64,000 bases of DNA from a virus, in IMG/VR virus record IMGVR_UViG_3300024999_000048, positions 57,090-121,089 of that record; one strand, 5' to 3'. Below are positions 9,325-17,627 of this stretch, one piece after another. Below the pieces are notes generated by a model, which had not been told where the DNA came from, did no database searches, and saw nothing but the letters and a program-made list of their open reading frames with translations. The position numbers and the translations under genes were made by a program. How positions within the stretch are numbered: position 1 is the first letter of the stretch; every line of letters starts with the position of its first letter.

Positions 9325-10140
9325 ATGCAAGGTGTAACAAATGCTTTATTAAACACAATTTTAGTTAGTATACCGGAGGAAGCTTTTATTGTGATTATGA
9401 CATTGGTTTTTCTAAAACGATTTGATATGTTGGACATACGAATGTGGAAACACAGTTTAAAATGGGTTATGGTTCCAACAATTCCTGTGGCAATGGTAAT
9501 AAATGTGTTTAGATACATAATAATCATACCAAAACCAACAATGTCTTTAATTGCTTTTATATTAATGAATGTACTAATCTTATATGTGGTTATAAAGAAC
9601 AGTTATAGTATTGATAAAAAATTAATTTTTAAAACAATAATTTTTACAGTTTTGAGTTTTATTATTGTTGGATTAATTGAATTGTTATATTATCCTCTTT
9701 CCCTTTCATTGCTACATAAGGAAATGAGTTTTTTTGATAATAAAATTATATACAATATAATAATATCACTTCCTGCAAGAATTATTGAAATATGTATTTT
9801 GACGTTTGTAGTAATAAAAAAGAACAATACAGTACAGGTAAATTTATTTAATACAATAGTCAAAAATAGATTTTTTACAAATAGTTTCTTAACTATAATT
9901 ATATCAATAGTGTCATTGATTATTTATATAGCAAAGTTAATAATTGTTGATAATATCATTATTCATATTAGTATTGTTGATCAGTTGATTTTAACTTCGA
10001 TTGTAATATCTGCACCAATAATATTGATCACATGGTTCTTAATGTTTATCAACTATTTGTTAACAAAAGAAAAACAAATACAACAGACTTATGAGAGTCT
10101 TGTTATGCAAGATGACATAATGCTTGATGTAGAAGATTAA
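9325..10140 (+). CDS. Polytopic membrane protein 1, AgrC-sensor-like, no kinase domain
   Basis: About 7 hydrophobic segments and a short acidic tail; paralogue of 12070-12921 (shared VSIPEEAFI, DIxMWK, LPAR); start set by RBS and paralogue alignment. Confidence 0.6.
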   Translation: MQGVTNALLNTILVSIPEEAFIVIMTLVFLKRFDMLDIRMWKHSLKWVMVPTIPVAMVINVFRYIIIIPKPTMSLIAFILMNVLILYVVIKNSYSIDKKLIFKTIIFTVLSFIIVGLIELLYYPLSLSLLHKEMSFFDNKIIYNIIISLPARIIEICILTFVVIKKNNTVQVNLFNTIVKNRFFTNSFLTIIISIVSLIIYIAKLIIVDNIIIHISIVDQLILTSIVISAPIILITWFLMFINYLLTKEKQIQQTYESLVMQDDIMLDVED

Positions 10141-10160
10141 CGTGAAAGGAGGTGAAATAA

Positions 10161-10277
10161 ATGAAAAAATACGCTATTATCGCTGGAGTAGTTGCCTTGT
10201 CTGCTACGATGTTCTCAAATGTTTTTGCATCATGGTTATTTTCACATCAACCAAAAACTCCTAATTGTATGAAATAA
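10161..10277 (+). CDS. agrD: AgrD-like cyclic autoinducing peptide precursor, 38 aa (not in ORF track)
   Basis: MKKYAIIAGVVALSATMFSNVFASWLFSHQPKTPNCMK; AAAGGAGGTG RBS; hydrophobic leader, SWLFS ring, HQPKTP tail as in clostridial AgrD. Confidence 0.9.
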   Translation: MKKYAIIAGVVALSATMFSNVFASWLFSHQPKTPNCMK

Positions 10278-10289
10278 TCTCACTCTACA

Positions 10290-10316
10290 TATAGGGAGGG
10301 TTTCAGCCTTCCCTAT
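10290..10316 (+). terminator. Hairpin terminator after agrD
   Basis: TATAGGGAGGGT-TTCA-GCCTTCCCTATA. Confidence 0.7.
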
Positions 10317-10344
10317 AATCATAATATAAATTAATAAGAAATCG

Positions 10345-10398
10345 CAAATAATTGTGTTGACATATTCATACATAGTAGGATATAATTATATTATCACG
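10345..10398 (+). promoter_or_regulatory. Consensus SigA promoter for MazF-like gene 2 and agrB
   Basis: CAAATAATTG (10345), TTGACA (10357), 18 nt, TATAAT (10381), ATTATCACG (10390). Confidence 0.75.
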
Positions 10399-10427
10399 TA
10401 AGGCAAATTATAAATATCTTATTAAAT

Positions 10428-11231
10428 ATGAAAAGGATGTGCATTACTATGTTCAACAAATTATTTGCTAAATCAACTACCTCTGAGGAAAACGTCAAAA
10501 AGGATTTTAAGAAATTAGCTAATTATGTACTCCATGCAAAAGGCCAAAATAGAACGATCAATGGATTTGCAGCAGATATGAAAACCGATTCTGAATACTT
10601 AACTCTTATTGCAACCGCTAAAATAAATTCATATCCACAAATTGATTTTCTTAAAATAATTGCAAACCATTCTCAAGGAAGGGTGTCTTTGCAAGAATTA
10701 ACGATGGCATGTGGGTATTCAAACTACACTAATAATGACATGGAACAGATAAAAAGTATTGAAGTTAGACGAGGGTGGTTCTGCTACGTAAACCTAGGTG
10801 ATGCTATGGACTCAGAATATGGAGGAAATCGAATGTGTTTAATTGTGCAAAACGACGTAGGAAACCATTTCTCATCGACCTCAATTATTTTACCTCTCAC
10901 CAGCAGACGAAAAACTCAACTCCCCACGCACGTTCAAGTCGGAATAAAAAATTGCGGCCTACCACAAGAATCAATTGTTAGTTGTGAGCAAATTCGTTGT
11001 GTAAGTAAACGGAGATTAATTCAAAGGGGAATAGTTCAGAAGGTATCTGAATGTCCTCCAGATGTAATGTTAAAGGTAGAGGTGGCTTTACTCAAGGCGC
11101 AAGGAGTTATACATCTTAAAATGAATGAACAGGAAGCTATTCAACACTTAATGAACATGAATACCCAGAAAACATTTCAGTATCAAAATAATTATGCAAG
11201 TGCAGGACAGCAGGTAGCCTATGCACGATAA
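10428..11231 (+). CDS. XRE-like HTH domain fused to PemK/MazF domain (MazF-like protein 2)
   Basis: N-terminal AKGQNRTINGFAADMKTDSEYLT...ELTMACGY (HTH-like); C-terminal RRGWFCYVNLG, SEYGGNRMCLIVQNDVGN, PLTS, LPTH, CEQIRCVSKRRL. Confidence 0.8.
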   Translation: MKRMCITMFNKLFAKSTTSEENVKKDFKKLANYVLHAKGQNRTINGFAADMKTDSEYLTLIATAKINSYPQIDFLKIIANHSQGRVSLQELTMACGYSNYTNNDMEQIKSIEVRRGWFCYVNLGDAMDSEYGGNRMCLIVQNDVGNHFSSTSIILPLTSRRKTQLPTHVQVGIKNCGLPQESIVSCEQIRCVSKRRLIQRGIVQKVSECPPDVMLKVEVALLKAQGVIHLKMNEQEAIQHLMNMNTQKTFQYQNNYASAGQQVAYAR

Positions 11232-11255
11232 AAGAAAGGAAGATTAAATAATTTA

Positions 11256-11897
11256 ATGAGTTTTATTGAATTTGTATCAAATCGTTCAGCTAAATGGTTA
11301 GCTAAAAATTACCCGAACAATGGCAAATATCCAACTGTAGAGGATCAAATAGAAGTTTTCACATATGGTTTTATGGTTATATGGGGTGCTATATTAAAGG
11401 GATTCATAATGGTATCACTAGCATCTATTTTCGGAGTAATACTTCCTGCTATGATTATCACATTAACCTTCAGTAGTTTAAGAATCATAGCAGGAGGATA
11501 TCATTTCGGTGAATATACAAAATGCATCACGTTTTCTACCATTCAATTCATAGGATCAGCATTAATAGTCAAGCACACACTTCAATATTGGTCACACCTA
11601 GACATACAAGGATTATTTCTATTTTGTTGGGCAATGGGATTATATATAAATTTTCGATATATTCCCAAAGACACACCAAACAAACTGATTACAGAACCAT
11701 TAGAAAGAGCAAAGTTTAAAAAATGGTCATTATTATACTTAATTTCATGGGTAACAATGATGACCATTTTATTATTCTTCAATCTAAAAATAATTGTTAT
11801 TGCAAGTTGTTTCGGATTATTATTAGAACTTTTCTCGATAAGCAAGGTTGGTTATGGTATATATTCTCTTGTAGATGGTATTAGTATACATAAATAA
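11256..11897 (+). CDS. agrB: AgrB-family peptide-processing membrane peptidase
   Basis: EVFTYG, LRIIAGGYH...KC (catalytic His/Cys), PKDTPNKLI. Confidence 0.92.
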   Translation: MSFIEFVSNRSAKWLAKNYPNNGKYPTVEDQIEVFTYGFMVIWGAILKGFIMVSLASIFGVILPAMIITLTFSSLRIIAGGYHFGEYTKCITFSTIQFIGSALIVKHTLQYWSHLDIQGLFLFCWAMGLYINFRYIPKDTPNKLITEPLERAKFKKWSLLYLISWVTMMTILLFFNLKIIVIASCFGLLLELFSISKVGYGIYSLVDGISIHK

Positions 11898-12069
11898 AAT
11901 CTCACAAACCTCACAACATCCCATCTTATCCCATAATTGCAATACTTTATTCAATTTAATTTCCCAACATTTATGATATATTTACAGCAATAAGTAATAG
12001 CACATAATAATTACACCCTTACTCAAAACAAACCAAAAACCTAATAATAGAGAAGGAAGGAAACCCTAT

Positions 12070-12921
12070 ATGCAATCTATTACTAATGCTGTATTAAACC
12101 TACTATTCGTTTCCATCCCAGAAGAAGCATTTATTGCAATCATAACTCTAACATTCCTAAATAAACTTGACAACTTATTCGACATCTATATGTGGAAGAA
12201 AAATCTAAAATGGCTTATGATAGCAACATTGCCCGCATCAATATTAGTTTGTGTTTTGCGATTTATGTTATTAGTTCCCCAAATTATTGTAATAAAATCG
12301 GTAATGGCACTCATGATCACATCAATGATATACATAGTAGTAAAAAACTCTGACAAAATAACTATTCTTTTAATATTTAAAACAGCAATGTTCACATTAG
12401 CAGGTTTTGTAATTACAGGAATATTGGAATATGCATATTGTCCAATAATATTTTCTCTATTACATAAACCTCAAGAATTCTTTAATAATGTTTTCCTCTA
12501 TAATTTTCTATTAGGATTACCCGCTAGAGTCCTCTATACTTGTGTTGTTGTTTTTATTATAATGAAGAAAAATGGCAAAGTTAAAGTTAATTTATTTGAT
12601 ATTTTAATTAAAAGCAAATTATTTATTGGCAGTTTTGTTGTTACAATATTGTCTGTAGTTTCATTAATTGTTTATATTGCTAAATTGGTAAAAAATGAAA
12701 GTATTTTATTTAGTTTCCAATTCATTGACCAATTTATCATTATTGTAATAATCACATCTGTTCCAACTATTTTAATTACTTTGTTATTAGTGGTTATTAA
12801 TTATTTAATATCTGGTGAGAGGAAGAATCAGCAAATGTATGAGAATATTGGCAATGAGGATGGTAAGAACAACGGCAACATTAATAATGAGGAAGATATT
12901 TATGACAACTATTATGAATAG
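12070..12921 (+). CDS. Polytopic membrane protein 2, AgrC-sensor-like, no kinase domain
   Basis: Paralogue of 9325-10140; about 7 TM segments; acidic/Asn-rich tail; no HisKA or HATPase motifs. Confidence 0.6.
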   Translation: MQSITNAVLNLLFVSIPEEAFIAIITLTFLNKLDNLFDIYMWKKNLKWLMIATLPASILVCVLRFMLLVPQIIVIKSVMALMITSMIYIVVKNSDKITILLIFKTAMFTLAGFVITGILEYAYCPIIFSLLHKPQEFFNNVFLYNFLLGLPARVLYTCVVVFIIMKKNGKVKVNLFDILIKSKLFIGSFVVTILSVVSLIVYIAKLVKNESILFSFQFIDQFIIIVIITSVPTILITLLLVVINYLISGERKNQQMYENIGNEDGKNNGNINNEEDIYDNYYE

Positions 12922-12945
12922 GGTGATTCTGTACACCTCCTATTC
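12916..12945 (+). terminator. Hairpin after membrane protein 2
   Basis: GAATAGG GTG...CAC CT CCTATTC imperfect inverted repeat. Confidence 0.45.
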
Positions 12946-12972
12946 TATTCACAACTATAAATAAATAACCAT

Positions 12973-13100
12973 TTGACAAATCTCAATGAACAATGTTATA
13001 ATCATAGAGATAAATAATTAAAGTAATTAAGCATCAACCTTGCATATCGGCATATATTATTATATAATGGTATCAATACATAGCAACTTAATTTGTTGCT
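12973..13100 (+). promoter_or_regulatory. Tandem SigA promoters and palindromic operator upstream of the repressor-like pair
   Basis: TTGACA (12973), 18 nt, TG-n-TATAAT (12997); TTGCAT (13040), 17 nt, TATAAT (13063); AGCAAC-N7-GTTGCT (13082-13100). Confidence 0.7.
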
Positions 13101-13124
13101 GATATGTCAAAGGAGGAAAATAAT

Positions 13125-14477
13125 ATGAAAAAAGATCGTCAAGTTCTTGAGGATGTTCTTGATTTAGTAATTGAGGACTATTCTAATGACAACAAGGTTA
13201 TGGAACATGTTATAGTTAAATTATTAGAAAGAGGTATCCCAAGAGGACTTACAACTGGTCTGTTTACCAAAGCTACGCCATTGGTTTATGCTTCAGAAAC
13301 CGAATTGTGTTTATTTACAAAGTACCTCTTTGGATATACTCACAGACCAGAAATAAATCCAGAAGAATTTTTTACAGAAATAGACTTATCTTTAGCAGAA
13401 TCGTATCAAAAACTAGAAAAGGACAAAGTTAAATATATTTTGTTGCATAATGTTGATCAACTTACTCCAACTCAATTTTTATGTACAAAAGAGACTTATC
13501 AAAATAATAGTGTTTATATGGGGAATGGATTATTAACTTATAATCCAAATACTCAAAGACAACTTCTGAAACGAAGAAGTGGAGACAAAATCATTGAATC
13601 AATTAATGTTGGTGGGAAAAAAGTTACAGAAATTACTTCATCAATGTTAGACAATACATTTTGCCCAAATGCAATCATATGGAACATTAGAAAGATAAAC
13701 GGACAAGAGAAGTTTAAATACGATGCAAAATCTAGAACCTTATTAATTGAACCTGACAATATCACAACTTTTGTGGACATAATCGATGGTGCAAATCGTA
13801 CTTGTGGGATGATTAAGGTTGTTGAACTTAAACCTGAAATTGATAGAATTACTTCGATATATATTCATCATGTCACGGAAGAACGAGCGAATCAAATTAT
13901 AAAACAAGAAAGTTTAGCTGCTCCTATTCAGACAGAATGGGTTGATTTTAAAGATACCGCAAATCCAAATATGGAAGTTGCTAAAGGTATTAATGATCGT
14001 CAAAGAGAAAATGAAATGTTTAATCGAGTAGGGTTAGATTCCAAGGAATTGAAATTAGAAAACAAACTGGTTATGTTTGATACATTATCAAAAGCTATTG
14101 AATTTGTTTATGATCTTAAAGAAAAACCTGTTATTAGACAAAGAGAAGTAATTGATGATTTGGTAGAATTATTTAATAATGTCATTGGACTTAATTTTTC
14201 AAAATTTAATACAGAATTATCAGATGCCAGAGAAAAAACTTATATGGCACATGACAACATGTTTATTGGGTATATTATATTGGGAGATTTGTTAAGGCAG
14301 AAATATGAAACAGAATGGAAATCTGAGTTGGTGAAGGTATTAAAGTCTTTAGATTTTGATAAGTCTAATAAAATTTGGAAGAAAATTGGTATTGAAAACA
14401 ATGTAAATTTATCTACTTTTAAAAAGATTTCAGAGTATTTTAAAGATATTGTCTCTGAAAAGGAGGTTGCTGTATAA
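13125..14477 (+). CDS. DGQHR/DndB-ParB-like protein resembling SPbeta YopQ (SroE)
   Basis: YNPNTQR, IIDGANR (DGQHR-like) motif; about 450 aa; coupled (TAATG) to a YopR-like gene; ATG after AAGGAGG. Confidence 0.65.
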   Translation: MKKDRQVLEDVLDLVIEDYSNDNKVMEHVIVKLLERGIPRGLTTGLFTKATPLVYASETELCLFTKYLFGYTHRPEINPEEFFTEIDLSLAESYQKLEKDKVKYILLHNVDQLTPTQFLCTKETYQNNSVYMGNGLLTYNPNTQRQLLKRRSGDKIIESINVGGKKVTEITSSMLDNTFCPNAIIWNIRKINGQEKFKYDAKSRTLLIEPDNITTFVDIIDGANRTCGMIKVVELKPEIDRITSIYIHHVTEERANQIIKQESLAAPIQTEWVDFKDTANPNMEVAKGINDRQRENEMFNRVGLDSKELKLENKLVMFDTLSKAIEFVYDLKEKPVIRQREVIDDLVELFNNVIGLNFSKFNTELSDAREKTYMAHDNMFIGYIILGDLLRQKYETEWKSELVKVLKSLDFDKSNKIWKKIGIENNVNLSTFKKISEYFKDIVSEKEVAV

Positions 14478-15493
14478 TGTCGTTCACTATCGAAAGAACT
14501 TTATTCAATGAAGATCAAAAGAATCGTTTTCTTAATGAAAAATATCCAAATGAAAGCACTCGAACGACTAATACTTCTATCTTAAGAAGTGTAGGTAGAT
14601 TTGAAAATGATAAAAACAAAGATTTGTGTAAATTTAGTTATGAAGAAGTAAAAGAATTATTGATTGGTATGAAAAAGAAATCTGTGAAATCATTGGGTGT
14701 TGCTTATACAATTATTATGCAGTATCTTGATTGGTGTTTATTCAACAATTACAGTTCAATGAATGTTTTGAAGTTGGTTGATAAAAAAGAAGACCTTCCA
14801 AAATATGTTCATCAAGTAGCTCAGAAAAATTCTTATATCTCTAGAGATCAAATGTATTCTTACTGTGACCGGCTCTATAATTATGCCGACAAAGCAATGA
14901 TTGCATTATTATTTGAAAATGTTAGAGGAAGAACAGAAAAAGGTCATTCGTATGAAGAAATGAGAAATCTAAAAATTAATGATATATTCCCTGAAACAAA
15001 TACAATTGCCATAACTAGGGATGTAGATGATAATGTAAAGAATGACGCAGAGACTCCAAACCCAAGAACAATTAGTGTAGACCCAAGAACTATGGATATT
15101 CTCGTTGCAGCAGCCATAGAAGACACCTATCATCGTAGTAATGGTGAAGCGGAAGGTAGATTCGCTATATCTCAAACCAAAGACACTCCCTACCTTCTAA
15201 GAACGCTGGACAGGAAGAGTAGCGCTGGAGATGATAGAATTACGGTAGGAAATATTAGTGCAAGATTTAAAAATTTCCGTCAATATACTGGCATCAAATT
15301 TCTAAATCCAACCCTAGTATTTCAAAGTGGAATGTTTGACCGATGTTTTAAAGAGGAAGCAGATATTGGCGAGTTGAGTTCAGATAATTTTCGATATATA
15401 CTCAGTGATTTAGAATTGGATGAAAGGGGTTGGCAAGGATTAAAAGAAACTTATGAAAGTTACAAACAAATACAGTCTACAGTCCCTAAATAA
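14477..15493 (+). CDS. Tyrosine-recombinase-fold protein resembling SPbeta master repressor YopR (MrpR/SroF)
   Basis: FNEDQKNRFL...FENDKNKDLCKFSYEEV N-terminus, LLFENVRG...EMRNLKINDI, FQSG in place of the catalytic HxxR. Confidence 0.7.
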   Translation: MSFTIERTLFNEDQKNRFLNEKYPNESTRTTNTSILRSVGRFENDKNKDLCKFSYEEVKELLIGMKKKSVKSLGVAYTIIMQYLDWCLFNNYSSMNVLKLVDKKEDLPKYVHQVAQKNSYISRDQMYSYCDRLYNYADKAMIALLFENVRGRTEKGHSYEEMRNLKINDIFPETNTIAITRDVDDNVKNDAETPNPRTISVDPRTMDILVAAAIEDTYHRSNGEAEGRFAISQTKDTPYLLRTLDRKSSAGDDRITVGNISARFKNFRQYTGIKFLNPTLVFQSGMFDRCFKEEADIGELSSDNFRYILSDLELDERGWQGLKETYESYKQIQSTVPK

Positions 15494-15507
15494 TGGGGCT
15501 GTAGACT
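15474..15507 (+). terminator. Hairpin ending the repressor-like operon
   Basis: AGTCTACAGTCCC-N8-GGGGCTGTAGACT. Confidence 0.65.
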
Positions 15508-15644
15508 TATATCCCAATTTAAGTTTGGAAAGGTGTGAGAGTATAAATATAATTAAATTATAAATTAAGTTATTTTGTCGAAAGAATGGTTATATACATG
15601 TAATTTTTGTTTTGCAATTTGATGGACAAAGTGGGATAATGTAA

Positions 15645-16133
15645 TTGAGCAGAGGGCGAATATGTGTTCCTAAAACAAGCTCAGAAAGGAACAAACATTT
15701 GGGTTCACTAAAAAATTATAAAGGGGTAGATGAATTGATAGCAGAACAGGAAGTATTTGTACTCAAAGACAGTAGAGGTAATTTTGTAGGAGTTAATTCC
15801 ATTTCGTATGATAAACGAAAAAGAAAAAATATCTATTCCTATTCGGAAATACATACGAATGGATACCGTACATATACAAATATAGACGATGCGAAAAAAA
15901 TCTTGTATCTCCTTCAAGAAAAGGGAACAAAAATAAAATTTGGAATCCATTTCCATATTGAAAAGGTAAATAGGCAAGAGGTAGTGAAAAATGAATATAA
16001 ATTGGGTATTATTAAAACTTGCCCATTTAAACACATGGTAATTGACGAAATAGAAATAGATCAAATAGTTAATTCTATAGGAATATCATGTATTTTAATG
16101 GATTATAGAACGATGGTAGAGGTGGGAGTATAG
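15645..16133 (+). CDS. Hypothetical protein
   Basis: ORF track; possible TTGCAA-17-GATAAT promoter upstream. Confidence 0.55.
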   Translation: MSRGRICVPKTSSERNKHLGSLKNYKGVDELIAEQEVFVLKDSRGNFVGVNSISYDKRKRKNIYSYSEIHTNGYRTYTNIDDAKKILYLLQEKGTKIKFGIHFHIEKVNRQEVVKNEYKLGIIKTCPFKHMVIDEIEIDQIVNSIGISCILMDYRTMVEVGV

Positions 16134-16198
16134 TTCTCCCTTTTCTCTTAGGGTTAATACAATAAATAAATATATCCATAAAAGAAAGCGAGCAAACA

Positions 16199-16774
16199 AT
16201 GAGGAAAATTACATTTACACACAATAAATTATTTGTCAGCATGATAAGTGTATTTATTCTCATCAGTAGTACAAATGCAAATCATGTGATAAATGAGGAT
16301 AAAAATATAAAATTTACTAATTATGTAAGGAGTGATGCTTGTGAAATATTAAATCAAATGAGAAAACAATACATAGTAAAAGTAAGCCCAAAAGAAAAAG
16401 TTATTATTAAAGAAGAAAACTTGTTTCTTGTCTCAGCCTACGACCTTTCATTTCAATCATGCCAGAAATCAAGAGGTAATTCTGAGTATGGTATTACTGC
16501 TTCAGGGTTTAATCTCAAAGGCCACACACTTCAATCTGCAAGGGTTATTTCTGTAGACCCTAGTATTATTCCATTAGGTAGCAAAGTAATGCTTACATTC
16601 AAAGAAAATGAATATAAAAGGTACAACGGTATCTATAAAGCTTTGGATGTCGGAGGTAGAATTAAAGGCCACAGGATTGATTTATTCTACGGAGATTTCA
16701 GTTCATCCAAACCAAATAGAAAGACAATTTCGTTCGGTTTAGCACATGCAATTGTAACAATTTTGAATGATTAA
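16199..16774 (+). CDS. Secreted 3D-domain (MltA-like) cell-wall protein
   Basis: N-terminal TM; GITASG, ISVDPSIIPLGS, ALDVGGRIKGHRIDLF. Confidence 0.85.
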   Translation: MRKITFTHNKLFVSMISVFILISSTNANHVINEDKNIKFTNYVRSDACEILNQMRKQYIVKVSPKEKVIIKEENLFLVSAYDLSFQSCQKSRGNSEYGITASGFNLKGHTLQSARVISVDPSIIPLGSKVMLTFKENEYKRYNGIYKALDVGGRIKGHRIDLFYGDFSSSKPNRKTISFGLAHAIVTILND

Positions 16775-16821
16775 ACATATTGTGAACAAATTAGTAAATA
16801 TAAAAATAAAATTTAAGGAGA

Positions 16822-17052
16822 ATGATAAAAATGGCAACTATATCAAGTATCACAGACTTTCCTGTAAAAAATGATTTTAACGCTATGATTGGTTTAGAAT
16901 ATCGTAATCTTAAAGATAGGATTGCTAAGACTGAAGCATTAGAAAGAGAAATGTTAAGAAAAAGAAAATTAGAGAAGAGGGATTTTAGAATTTCTTATGA
17001 GGATAATGGGATGTTATATTGTTGTTTTTGGGACAAAAGTATAATTTATTAA
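16822..17052 (+). CDS. Hypothetical protein
   Basis: AAGGAG RBS. Confidence 0.55.
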   Translation: MIKMATISSITDFPVKNDFNAMIGLEYRNLKDRIAKTEALEREMLRKRKLEKRDFRISYEDNGMLYCCFWDKSIIY

Positions 17053-17155
17053 TACATAAAACAGGACAAAAAATTAAATATTCTTAACCCACTGAATTTT
17101 TAATCTCAATTCGTATATACTTTTTAAGGGACAAACCAAATAAAGAGAAAAGAGA

Positions 17156-17626
17156 GTGAAGATTAATATGATTATTACTGAAAGTGTAGAGATTACAAGA
17201 ACTGAACAAATTGTAGTAGGCAAATTGTGTAACAAATGTGGAAATGTATTTAGCTCTTATGCAGAAAATATAAAAACATCAAATACTGATTTAGGTGAGT
17301 ATGGGAATTGTAAATCGGAAATATGCGATGACTGCTGGATAAAATTTATAAAAACTTTTTCTATTGTCCCATCAGGTTTTAAAAGTAACCCCCAATTTAC
17401 TTCATCTTTTGATTTAGACCATGATTTACATCAAAAATTATTTGTAGAGTGGCAAGAAACAAATGTATGGAATTGTGATGAAAATCCATGGAGAGATTAT
17501 TATAGTGAAGATAATTCAATTCAGGAATTTGAAGAGTATGAGGAATACACTGAAGAATATGAAGAGTTTTATGATGCTGTAGAGGATCGCAAACCCTTAC
17601 ATACTAATTTGAGATTAGTAAAGTAG
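17156..17626 (+). CDS. Hypothetical Zn-finger protein with acidic tail
   Basis: CNKC and CDDC motifs. Confidence 0.6.
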   Translation: MKINMIITESVEITRTEQIVVGKLCNKCGNVFSSYAENIKTSNTDLGEYGNCKSEICDDCWIKFIKTFSIVPSGFKSNPQFTSSFDLDHDLHQKLFVEWQETNVWNCDENPWRDYYSEDNSIQEFEEYEEYTEEYEEFYDAVEDRKPLHTNLRLVK

Positions 17627-17627
17627 A

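Noticed and set aside
9325-12921. Frameshifted AgrC histidine kinases
   Set aside because: Both ORFs end cleanly at similar lengths and are followed by agrD or by a hairpin and promoters, leaving no room for a kinase domain.
13125-14477. Dnd phosphorothioation system
   Set aside because: Only a DGQHR-like motif is present; there are no dndACDE genes.
14477-15493. Prophage integrase
   Set aside because: The catalytic HxxR is absent, no att or host junction is nearby, and the context matches a YopR/MrpR-type repressor.
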